Of a stretch of 64,000 bases of DNA, positions 48,583 to 56,857 are shown piece by piece; the first letter of the stretch is position 1; the number at the start of each line of letters is the position of its first letter. A program made the translations under genes and the position numbers. Source of the stretch: an uncultured Ignavibacteriales bacterium (GTDB lineage Bacteria > Bacteroidota > Ignavibacteria > T3Sed10-11). The stretch covers positions 1,871-65,870 of the forward strand of contig CAZBUK010000010.1 of NCBI GenBank assembly GCA_964495085.1, written 5' to 3'. The notes beneath the pieces were generated by a model, which was not told where the DNA came from, did not search any database, and saw only the letters and a program-made list of their open reading frames with translations.

Positions 48583-50785
48583 AAAGAATCACAAAAGTGA
48601 AAACCATTATTCTTACATCAGTTTTAATTCTTATCCCGCTCCTTTTACAGAGTCAAACAGGTATACTCAAAGGAACGGTAACCGATTCAACGTCTGGTTT
48701 ACCGCTTCACGGTGTGAATGTATTGCTTTTTGGGACCACACAAGGGGCAGCAACAGATTCACTCGGTAGATATACGATCCAGAATATACCTGCCGGTATA
48801 TACACGGTGAGATTTTCGATGATCGGTTATGAAGAAATATTTATATCGGATTATTATATCCAACCTGGTGAAAATCAATTAAAAGTCACTTTAACCGAAG
48901 CCGCCATCGAAATACAGGAAATTCTTGTTACGCCGAAACCGGAACGATACGATGCAACGGGTATTTCAGCCCGGCTCAACCGTGAGATGATAGCCGGCGC
49001 ACCGGGATCTGCGCAGGATATTTTCTGGGTCATACAAACACTTCCGGGTATCTCTTCTGATGCCGATAATTCAAAATTGTATGTGCGCGGTGGAAGTCCG
49101 GAAGAAAATCTCATAGTGTATGACGGTATCACCATCCGCAATCCGTATCATTTCGATATGATCGGCGGCGGTTATTGGAGTATCTTTAACTCACGTCTTG
49201 TTGAAAATGTTGAATTCTATTCCGGAGGTTTTCCAGCACGGTATGGCGACCGCCTCTCCTCTGTTCTCGTTATCGAAAACCGTACAGGAAATTTCGAACT
49301 ATTTCAGGGAGAAGCATCGCTCAGTATGTCCGATGCAAGCGGCGTATTGGAATTACCGCTCCCCTTTGCAAACGGCGCAGCGCTGCTCTCTTTTCGAAGG
49401 AGCTATTTCGACCTTGCAATAAAATATACAGACCTTGCAGGGGATTATGATATCTTACCATATTTTTACGACATTAATTCCAGATTCGATTTTATTCTTT
49501 CCGATAATCACCGGCTCACAATATCCGGTCTGTTTTCAAGAGAAAAATTTTACGGATATTTTGACAGAACTCCACAGCTTACCGGTGATTATAATTGGGG
49601 AAGTAAAAATTATGTGATAGGAGGCCGTCTGCGCTCGATAGTGACACAGAATATTCTCTCCGATCTTGTTATTTCATTGAATGATATAAAATATTCATCA
49701 ACGTATCCTCAAAATGCATTTGATAGCAGTTCGGTTACGGAATTCAATATTAAACAAAACTTCACCTTCCTCTCCCCTTCCAATGAACTCCATATAGGCG
49801 GGTGGCTCGTATCCGAAAGAGAAAACAACGAATCCTATATCCCGCTCGAACTCGCCCTCAATATGGGAGTAGATGAGATGAGATGGCATGGAAGGGTACC
49901 GGTTCACTATTTAAACTGTCGCTGTACATAGATAATCGTCGGAAAATAAATCCCAAGTTCACTGTTAGTACAGGAATCCATTACGATTACATTGCAAAGA
50001 GTACTGAGAATACCGTTGCTCCGCGTCTTCAGTTAGCATACACATGGAACGACCACATGAGCGTATCTGCCGAGTACGGTCTGTATTACCAATCACCGCG
50101 TGCGTTTATGCTTGATATCTATAATGATACTCGATCGGCAAGAGCGGAAAATTATGGTATCGGTGTACGTCATCAGGTCGGAAATGAAATTGCCGTGAGT
50201 CTTGAATTTTATAATAAAAACTTGACACAGCTCATACTCATTGATGCAAATGGAATGCTTTCCAATGAGGGATACGGATATTCACGCGGCGCGGAATTTT
50301 TTATTCAGATGCAGCCCTCCCGGACGTTCTACGGCTGGATATCATATACATATTCCATTTCAAAAAGAAAAGAAGGAATCGGTCCGGCGCTTCACCCGTT
50401 TGATTTCGATCGTCCGCATTTACTAAGTCTTGTAACAAACTATCTGTTCGCCGAGCATTGGCAGGTATGGATACGGTTCCGGTACGGCAGCGGAAGACCG
50501 TTCACAGGTGTAGAGTCCCCCTTCTATGATGCTATTCTTGAACGATGGGTCCCGATACCTGGGGAACACAATTCGGGGCGATACCCGGCATATCATAGAC
50601 TCGACCTAAGAGCGACACGTAAATTTAAATTTGAGAACTATACAATGGATGTATATATCGAGTTTCTTAATACATACAATCAGAATAACATTGCACACTA
50701 TATGTGGGATGAGACCTATTCCTCGCGGGATTTTATGATAGTGTTTCCGTTTCTTCCCGTGTTGGGCATTAGCGCCCGTTTTTGA
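48576..50785 (+). pseudogene. TonB-dependent receptor with an N-terminal carboxypeptidase-regulatory-like domain, split by a frameshift near 49872-49886
   Basis: Two consecutive track ORFs (48576..49931 and 49883..50785) together give CarboxypepD_reg-like (GTVTDSTSGLPLHGVNVLL...GRYTIQNIPAGIYTV), the plug (LYVRGGSPEENLIVYDGI) and a beta-barrel ending in a C-terminal Phe (GISARF). Confidence 0.75.
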
Positions 50786-50868
50786 CAAACAAAGATGTAG
50801 GGCCAAATGTCATTTCGCCCTACAAGGGGCAACTCCGGCATCATATTACTCTTAAAGGAGAAATCAAA

Positions 50869-51354
50869 ATGTACTGCAAACAATGTAAAATAACCTATCA
50901 CGCCGACGAAAAATTCTGCCGCCTGTGCGGAGAAAAATTACACGCAAGAAAACTAGAGAAAAGAAAAACACAAAAATCGCCGAAGCCCTATATTGCAAAT
51001 ATCTATCTTCTTTTCGGACTCGGTTTGGCAATCGTCATCATTGCCCTGCTATTTATCGAGAGACCTGCACAACGACAGGCCGGAATTGAACATCAACATG
51101 ATTCAAATGCAACTGCGAATTTTACCGGCGCTGTGTATGATGTTGCCGAAAAATTCATCTGTCCCTGCGGCGGATGCGGCGAAATGGCTCTGGAGACCTG
51201 TTCCTGCGATATGCATAACGGAGCGGTCGAGGCAAAAACGTTTATTCAGCAGCAATTTAATCAAGGAAAGTCAAATGACGAAGTAATTGCGGCAATGATA
51301 CAACGATACGGGTATTTAAAACCGGAATATCAGAAAGATTACCTGGTAAATTAA
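50869..51354 (+). CDS. zinc-ribbon / TM / Cys-rich (CcmH-like or PCYCGC-like) domain protein
   Basis: Trimmed to the ATG at 50869 (AAAGGAG upstream). It has MYCKQCKITY...FCRLCGEKL and one TM. The C-terminal segment is FICPCGGCGEMALETCSCDMH...QGKSNDEVIAAMIQRYGY, and its helical part resembles CcmH/NrfF. Confidence 0.4.
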   Translation: MYCKQCKITYHADEKFCRLCGEKLHARKLEKRKTQKSPKPYIANIYLLFGLGLAIVIIALLFIERPAQRQAGIEHQHDSNATANFTGAVYDVAEKFICPCGGCGEMALETCSCDMHNGAVEAKTFIQQQFNQGKSNDEVIAAMIQRYGYLKPEYQKDYLVN

Positions 51355-51558
51355 ATGAATATCATAACAATAAGATCCGTCCTTACCTGTCCAAAATGTG
51401 GTTATAAAAAAGAAGAAGAAATGCCACCTGATGCATGTCAGTATTTCTATCAATGTACAGATTGCAAAGAAGTCCTAAAACTAAAACCGGGGGATTGTTG
51501 TGTGTTTTGTTCATACGGGACTGTGAAATGCCCCTCTAAACAAAGACAAATCCATTGA
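51355..51558 (+). CDS. GDCCVxC-domain small Cys-rich protein
   Basis: 67 aa with CPKCG...CQYFYQCTDC...PGDCCVFCSYGTVKCP, which matches the GDCCVxC motif family name I recall from NCBI annotation. Confidence 0.6.
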   Translation: MNIITIRSVLTCPKCGYKKEEEMPPDACQYFYQCTDCKEVLKLKPGDCCVFCSYGTVKCPSKQRQIH

Positions 51559-51569
51559 TAAGGAATGAA

Positions 51570-52127
51570 ATGATGAGAAAATATTTAATCTTTGTCTTCC
51601 CCACACTGTTTCTTTTTCCCTCCTGTATGATGCACCAAAGTATGCCCGGAATGTCTGGAATGCATCAGCAAGATAGAGTAGAAAAACCTCTCATTATTCA
51701 TGTTATGGATGAGCGCTATCATGTGGATATTACCATTCATCCGGAAATGAATGGGTATATATTGCTCACCTTTTCTGTGATACAAGCACGAACTAATAAT
51801 CCGGTCGAAAGTATTAAAGGATGGTTAATTGATGATTTGATTGATCGTGAAACGCCGTTGCTTCCCGATCAATCAAAGATAGGTGTTTACACTGTGGTTA
51901 TGAGTGAAGTGGTAAACCGAAAAAGGGATACTCTTTTGCTTCTTGAGTTATCGAATGAAGATGAGGGAGCATCAATTTTTGAATTCACACTCCAGCCATC
52001 ACATCAGCACGATGGACATCATGGGAGAAGAACAAGAGGGATAAACCTCACAACCACCGCTATAATCGGCGGTACGGCGATGGCAGTGATGATGATCGTG
52101 ATGCAGGGATGGTGGATTTTTAAATGA
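51570..52127 (+). CDS. Met/His-containing lipoprotein with a C-terminal TM anchor, unknown function
   Basis: Trimmed to the ATG at 51570. It has a lipobox-like LFPSC followed by MMHQSMPGMSGMHQQD, a His cluster HQHDGHHG and a C-terminal TM. Confidence 0.45.
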   Translation: MMRKYLIFVFPTLFLFPSCMMHQSMPGMSGMHQQDRVEKPLIIHVMDERYHVDITIHPEMNGYILLTFSVIQARTNNPVESIKGWLIDDLIDRETPLLPDQSKIGVYTVVMSEVVNRKRDTLLLLELSNEDEGASIFEFTLQPSHQHDGHHGRRTRGINLTTTAIIGGTAMAVMMIVMQGWWIFK

Positions 52128-52167
52128 TTTAATAAGTTATGATTGCTCTGTAACTCAAGGAATTAAA

Positions 52168-53433
52168 ATGATTGATCGTAAAATAATTCATTCTATCATA
52201 CAGGGTTATAAAGACGACCCGGAAAGCGTATATAACACATGGTTTATTAACAATGAGGAAAGATTAAAAGCTTTTGGAGCTATTCGTAGGGGGATTGAAG
52301 AAGTTATAACGGACATTAAGGGTGGAGTCTTTCCTACCGATTTCAAAGGATCTTCGTTGGAAATCGTACTCACGGCAATAACCGAGCAACAACAGGTTTT
52401 CGAAGGAGCCGCTCATCCTTTTTACTGGAAACCGAAGCTCAGAATCCCGGATATTTACGAGAATAATACCAATAAGCATATTTTTGGTCAATTCCTTGAT
52501 ACGTGTCTCAAAGCAAAGAACAGGAATCATGTTATTAAAGAAATCATTAAGCTATCGCAGTGCAATATCAAAGGATTGGGTCCGGCGGTGGCAAACATTC
52601 TGTACTTTTTACATCCGACAATTATTCCACCATGTAACACAGCTATGGTGAACGGATTTAACCTGTTGTTTAAAGAAAAGAAAAAACTGGGTTCCTGGAA
52701 TAGTTATTTGGAAATGCGAGATACGATTTTGCGAGTAAATGATGAATGCAAGAATGTGTTATCAAAGGATCTGGGAGCAATTTCGGGATTGCTATTCGAT
52801 GTAGGTGTAGGAAAAATAGTTGTAGATGAAAATATCCAGATTGTAATGGAAAAGGAGCACAAAAAGAGGGAGAAACTGCTCAAGAAAAGACACCAGGAAG
52901 TACAGAATGAGTTGGAAGAAGAGAACATGCATACGAAGATTCAATATTTACTAATGAAGATCGGAAAGTCTCTTGGCTATGATGTTATTGCGGCTTCCAA
53001 TGATCGGACAAAATCATATGACGGTGAAAAATTCTCATTTACCTCCTTGCCCAAACTCCCCGACCTGGATATTGATGATGATGTGAACAAAACCGTTAAT
53101 CTTATTGATGTACTCTGGCTTAAAAGAGGAACCAATAAAATTGTATGTGCCTATGAGGTAGAAAAAAGCACATCGATTTATTCCGGAATCTTGCGCTTGA
53201 CTGACCTAGCACTTACTTTCCCAACATCAGGAGAGATAATGCTCTACCTGGTTGCTCCCGAAAAAAGAGAGAAGGAAATAATTGCACAATTGAAAAGACC
53301 ATCTATCGCAGCAAAAATAAATTCCAAAATATCATATATTTTATTCTCCGACTTGTGCACATACTGCGACTCTATATGTAAATTCGGTACTGATTATACC
53401 ATAATGGAAAAGGTGGCAAGGTGTGAAAAATAA
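52168..53433 (+). CDS. hypothetical protein; possible HhH-like N-terminal domain plus nuclease-like (PD-(D/E)xK-type) C-terminal domain
   Basis: 421 aa and the most AT-rich gene in the window. The IKGLGPAVANILYFLHP segment is HhH-like. The C-terminal IQYLLMKIGKSLGYDV...NLIDVLWL...IVCAYEVEKST resembles the D...E.K strands of restriction-endonuclease-fold proteins, but the register is uncertain. No methyltransferase is adjacent. Confidence 0.35.
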   Translation: MIDRKIIHSIIQGYKDDPESVYNTWFINNEERLKAFGAIRRGIEEVITDIKGGVFPTDFKGSSLEIVLTAITEQQQVFEGAAHPFYWKPKLRIPDIYENNTNKHIFGQFLDTCLKAKNRNHVIKEIIKLSQCNIKGLGPAVANILYFLHPTIIPPCNTAMVNGFNLLFKEKKKLGSWNSYLEMRDTILRVNDECKNVLSKDLGAISGLLFDVGVGKIVVDENIQIVMEKEHKKREKLLKKRHQEVQNELEEENMHTKIQYLLMKIGKSLGYDVIAASNDRTKSYDGEKFSFTSLPKLPDLDIDDDVNKTVNLIDVLWLKRGTNKIVCAYEVEKSTSIYSGILRLTDLALTFPTSGEIMLYLVAPEKREKEIIAQLKRPSIAAKINSKISYILFSDLCTYCDSICKFGTDYTIMEKVARCEK

Positions 53434-53454
53434 TACTTCGGATACACTAAGAAC

Positions 53455-53556
53455 ATGCGTAAGAATATGGAAAAGATGCACCAGCCAATGAACACTATGA
53501 TGGAGCAGTTCGAGGAAATGGTAAAACGGATGGAAGAGCTAAATGATTGGAAATAA
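53455..53556 (+). CDS. possible 33-aa Met-rich peptide or gene remnant
   Basis: Below the track cut-off. Manual translation gives MRKNMEKMHQPMNTMMEQFEEMVKRMEELNDWK, with 9 Met in 33 residues. No clear Shine-Dalgarno sequence precedes it. Confidence 0.2.
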   Translation: MRKNMEKMHQPMNTMMEQFEEMVKRMEELNDWK

Positions 53557-53634
53557 TAAAACAAGAGAGTTGCACCAACGAAATTATCAGTCGACTATCA
53601 TAAAAGCATCGATGAGAATTAACTTATAAATTCT

Positions 53635-54159
53635 ATGAAACAACAATGTTACCTCTGGAATGTGTGGCTTACCTGGATAAGTATACCGGCTTTAGCTATC
53701 GGTATAGGATTACTCCAGCGGTGGTGGTTCGGTATCATAGTACTACTCGTTGGAGTGATCGCTCAAATACTCTACATAAAGGTGTTTCCCCATATATCCC
53801 GATTGCTTGGGTACGGTTCGGTCGAGGATGTGATGGTCGAGAATACACCTGAGACAAAAACAATCTCACGGGTTACCTTATATACTGCGAACTTTTGCCC
53901 TTTCTGCTCAATTGTGAAACAACGTCTTATCGAGCTGCAATACAGGATGGGATTTGAGCTAGAGGAGGTGGATATCACATTCCGGCTGGGTCATATTAGA
54001 AGCAAAGGTCCCCGATCAGTTCCAGCAATCGAAAAGGGCGAACGATACTTGATCGGTAACGCCACGAGCGCTCAACTGGTAGAGTTCTTGACTAAGGGCT
54101 CCTCAAACAATATAGGGACATATGGTCAGCAAACGCATCATTACAACCTCGAAAAGTAA
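53635..54159 (+). CDS. membrane-anchored glutaredoxin-family protein
   Basis: Two N-terminal TM segments, then VTLYTANFCPFCSIVKQRL...SVPAIEKGERYLIG (CPFC active site, glutaredoxin fold pattern). Confidence 0.65.
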   Translation: MKQQCYLWNVWLTWISIPALAIGIGLLQRWWFGIIVLLVGVIAQILYIKVFPHISRLLGYGSVEDVMVENTPETKTISRVTLYTANFCPFCSIVKQRLIELQYRMGFELEEVDITFRLGHIRSKGPRSVPAIEKGERYLIGNATSAQLVEFLTKGSSNNIGTYGQQTHHYNLEK

Positions 54160-54172
54160 GGGTATCTAAGAA

Positions 54173-54502
54173 ATGTCACTGCGAAAAAGACATGGACACT
54201 TTGCAGTATTTACTGCTATCAGATATATTGCATTAAGAGATACAGAAGATTTTACATATCGCGATCCGATTGTATATAGTGTTGGTATAGGACGTAATTT
54301 TCATAACGGACGGTATTCAGGCTTACCATATTATCAAGGATACTCGAAAATATTATCCGAGTACGATCCACCTCAGCAATTATCACTCGGATTGAATATC
54401 AGAATGAGCAATTCTTTACTATATTCACTTATCGGATCTTATAGTCTAACCGAAACTTCACCTGATGTTGGTTTGTCGGGTGGAATTACAGTAGCGTTAT
54501 AA
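54173..54502 (+). CDS. hypothetical protein, possibly a remnant of an outer-membrane beta-barrel gene
   Basis: 109-aa ORF with an alternating-hydrophobic C-terminal half (SLLYSLIGSYSLTE...GLSGGITVAL) and no signal peptide. Confidence 0.2.
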   Translation: MSLRKRHGHFAVFTAIRYIALRDTEDFTYRDPIVYSVGIGRNFHNGRYSGLPYYQGYSKILSEYDPPQQLSLGLNIRMSNSLLYSLIGSYSLTETSPDVGLSGGITVAL

Positions 54503-54638
54503 TAGAACGGGAACGTCACATCCAGTATTGAATGCAGTAAATAATTTACAGATTTTCACTTTATTTTTATCATCAGCGTGACGGGCACGTTGGTCTAACT
54601 TTAGTTATTAGCTGACATACATTATAGGAGAAATATTC

Positions 54639-55025
54639 ATGAGTTATTATTTTTCACGTATTGTAGACGATCCATTTGATAAAGCGATCGAACGGATAAC
54701 GAATGCACTTAAAGTAAGAAAATTCGGTATCCTCACAGAAATCGATGTTAAAGAGACTTTAAAAAAGAAACTCGATGTTGATTTCCGAAAATATAAAATT
54801 CTCGGCGCCTGCAATCCCCAGTTTGCACATAAGGCGTTGCAAATGGAAAATAAAGTTGGTACGATGCTTCCGTGCAATGTAATTGTACAAGAAACACCCG
54901 ATGGTAAAACCGAGATTGCTGTCATTGACCCGGTTGAATCGATGAAGGCGATCAATAATCCAGAACTGGAAAAAATCGCGAACGAAGTGCGGGAACTGTT
55001 GAAAGAATCAATTGAAAAAGCATAG
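54639..55025 (+). CDS. DUF302-domain protein
   Basis: 128 aa. FGILTEIDVKETLKKKLDVDFRKYKILGACNP and MLPCNVIVQE match the DUF302 pattern as I recall it. Confidence 0.65.
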   Translation: MSYYFSRIVDDPFDKAIERITNALKVRKFGILTEIDVKETLKKKLDVDFRKYKILGACNPQFAHKALQMENKVGTMLPCNVIVQETPDGKTEIAVIDPVESMKAINNPELEKIANEVRELLKESIEKA

Positions 55026-55033
55026 ATAAACTT

Positions 55034-55079
55034 GCCTGTCACGCCTGTCTACCGTAACGCCGCACTTCGGCGTGCAGGC
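55034..55079 (+). terminator. structured element or possible terminator after the DUF302 gene
   Basis: There is a long-range stem GCCTG(t)CACGCC...GGCGTGCAGGC, and a competing short hairpin ACGCCG-cactt-CGGCGT that shares the same 3' arm. No clear T-tract follows. Confidence 0.3.
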
Positions 55080-55181
55080 ACGTTTAGTTAAATTGTTGTA
55101 AAATATAGAAGATATACTCTATTCTTCAAACTGGACGTGAATGGCAAGTCCCTCACAATGATCTAAGGAGGTGAAAATACA

Positions 55182-55406
55182 ATGCATCCGTTCGGAGACG
55201 GTATGTGGTTTGGATGGATTTTTATGACGCTTTTCTGGGCGCTTATTATTGTAGGAATCGTCGAACTTGTGCGATGGCTCGTGACCCAGAACAGACCGCC
55301 GGCATCTCATACGGAAGAATCCGCTCTCGATATTCTTAAAAAGAGGAATACACGAGGTGAAATATCGAAAGAGGAATTTGAAGAAAAGAAAAAAGACTTA
55401 CTTTAA
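55182..55406 (+). CDS. SHOCT-domain membrane protein
   Basis: 74 aa with an N-terminal TM (MWFGWIFMTLFWALIIVGIV) and a C-terminal LDILKKRNTRGEISKEEFEEKKKDLL (SHOCT motif). Confidence 0.7.
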   Translation: MHPFGDGMWFGWIFMTLFWALIIVGIVELVRWLVTQNRPPASHTEESALDILKKRNTRGEISKEEFEEKKKDLL

Positions 55407-55475
55407 AGTATATATATAAGAAGTAATAAGAACCAATGATACTATCTCTATGTTCACCTTTTTAAGGAGATTATC

Positions 55476-55907
55476 ATGATACGCCTACGAATTGAAGTAT
55501 TTAAAAAGATTTCAATGATTGTCATTGTTCTCTTTCTTGTAGCATCAATGGGGATGACAACAATCTCCCACATTTGCTACATTGAGACTGTATGTAATAA
55601 TACATCTCATTGCTGCGAAAATATACACAATGACGCGCCATCACCTCCCCACCCTACCGATGAAGTTGGGATTGCGAGTATAACCTGCTGCTTCAATAAT
55701 AGGTTAGATAGTAAACCCCTCGACTTTTTTATAGTTGAAAGAGATACAAAAACAAATCGGATAGATGATTTTTCCTTATCGTTTTTTCCACTACTAATTA
55801 GTGATACCCACAGTGCCAACTTTGTTTCTTTTCTTAACATCACGCAACGTGTATATAACGCTAAACCTACCAAACTCCACATCCTGAACGAAGCATTTCT
55901 GCTCTAA
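55476..55907 (+). CDS. small N-terminally anchored Cys-rich protein (HYC_CC_PP-like)
   Basis: 143 aa with a TM anchor, then SHICYIETVCNNTSHCCENIHNDAPSPPHP...ITCCF. The H-x-C, CC and PP elements match the family name I recall from NCBI annotation. Confidence 0.45.
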   Translation: MIRLRIEVFKKISMIVIVLFLVASMGMTTISHICYIETVCNNTSHCCENIHNDAPSPPHPTDEVGIASITCCFNNRLDSKPLDFFIVERDTKTNRIDDFSLSFFPLLISDTHSANFVSFLNITQRVYNAKPTKLHILNEAFLL

Positions 55908-56070
55908 TAAATACCGCAGTAACCACTCGTTTCATTAAAATCTTTCTTTAAAATAAAGTAAAAGTATTCTGCTATGCAAAATACATATCAGAATGCTTGA
56001 ATTAATCCACTTATTAGGAGGCGATTGAGATGAAAAAGATCGTCGCAAATGTAAATACGGAGAAAAGTAT

Positions 56071-56358
56071 ATGAAAATCGTAGTCGCGTACATCAATACC
56101 GTCCGCGTCCATTGGGTTGTTGATGAACTGCGGAAAATAGGTATAGACGATATCTCAATTCATCAACGTTTTAAGCCGATGTCGTAAATATCCCGGCTTG
56201 AATTTTTCTGCACGGATGAGAAAACAGAAGTAGTACGATCAATTATTCACAAGATCGGAAATAATGGAAATTTATCCGATCACTTAATAGAGATATTCGA
56301 TCCGCTAAATACAAAACAGCAAAAGGCACAACAATGGATAAACACACCAGATGGATGA
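56071..56358 (+). pseudogene. short P-II-like protein gene interrupted by an in-frame TAA (56185-56187)
   Basis: Manual translation gives MKIVVAYINTVRVHWVVDELRKIGIDDISIHQRFKPMS*ISRLEFFCTDEKTEVVRSIIHKIGNNGNLSDHLIEIFDP... It has a beta-alpha-beta-beta-alpha-beta pattern parallel to the P-II-like ORF at 58259. Neither half is in the ORF track. Confidence 0.45.
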
Positions 56359-56558
56359 TAATCGGTTGCGCAATACCGCTGCTGCTCATATTCTTTGCTC
56401 CCGCTCTCGGCTTAAGCGGTATTGCTTCGCTGCTATTATTTATAGTAGCCATGTTCATGGTTCATATATTTATGCATGGGCGTTATTTAAAGAAAGATGA
56501 TCATCAACACTACTACAAATCACAGGAAGGTAATGATTATGAACACCATAGACATTAA
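56334..56558 (+). CDS. DUF2933-like small membrane protein with a His-rich tail
   Basis: 74 aa with two TM segments, an MFMVHIFMHG motif and a C-terminal DDHQHYY...YEHHRH. Confidence 0.45.
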   Translation: MDKHTRWMIIGCAIPLLLIFFAPALGLSGIASLLLFIVAMFMVHIFMHGRYLKKDDHQHYYKSQEGNDYEHHRH

Positions 56559-56820
56559 ACGGTTCGGATTGGCTTTCGGAATTACCGGTGCGCTTCTATA
56601 TCTCGGCTGTATGATTGTAATGTTCACCGTCGGTAAAGAAGGGAGTATTACCTTCTTTAATACATTGCTGCATGGACTCGACAGCGCTCCGATTATTCGG
56701 ATGGATATCCCCTGGTGGGAAGCGGGATTGGGGATAGTACAAACGTTTATTATCGCGTGGCTTGTTGGCGCATGTATCGCGGCACTTTACAATACCACAT
56801 TAAAAAAGAAAACAAACTAG
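56539..56820 (+). CDS. DUF5676-like membrane protein
   Basis: Trimmed to the ATG at 56539 (AGGAAGG upstream). FGLAFGITGALLYLGCMIVMF...FFNTLLHGLD...WLVGACIAALYN matches the pattern I recall for this family. Confidence 0.5.
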   Translation: MNTIDIKRFGLAFGITGALLYLGCMIVMFTVGKEGSITFFNTLLHGLDSAPIIRMDIPWWEAGLGIVQTFIIAWLVGACIAALYNTTLKKKTN

Positions 56821-56857
56821 GAGGGAACCATCATGCACGGCGCTGAAGCAGGAAGTT

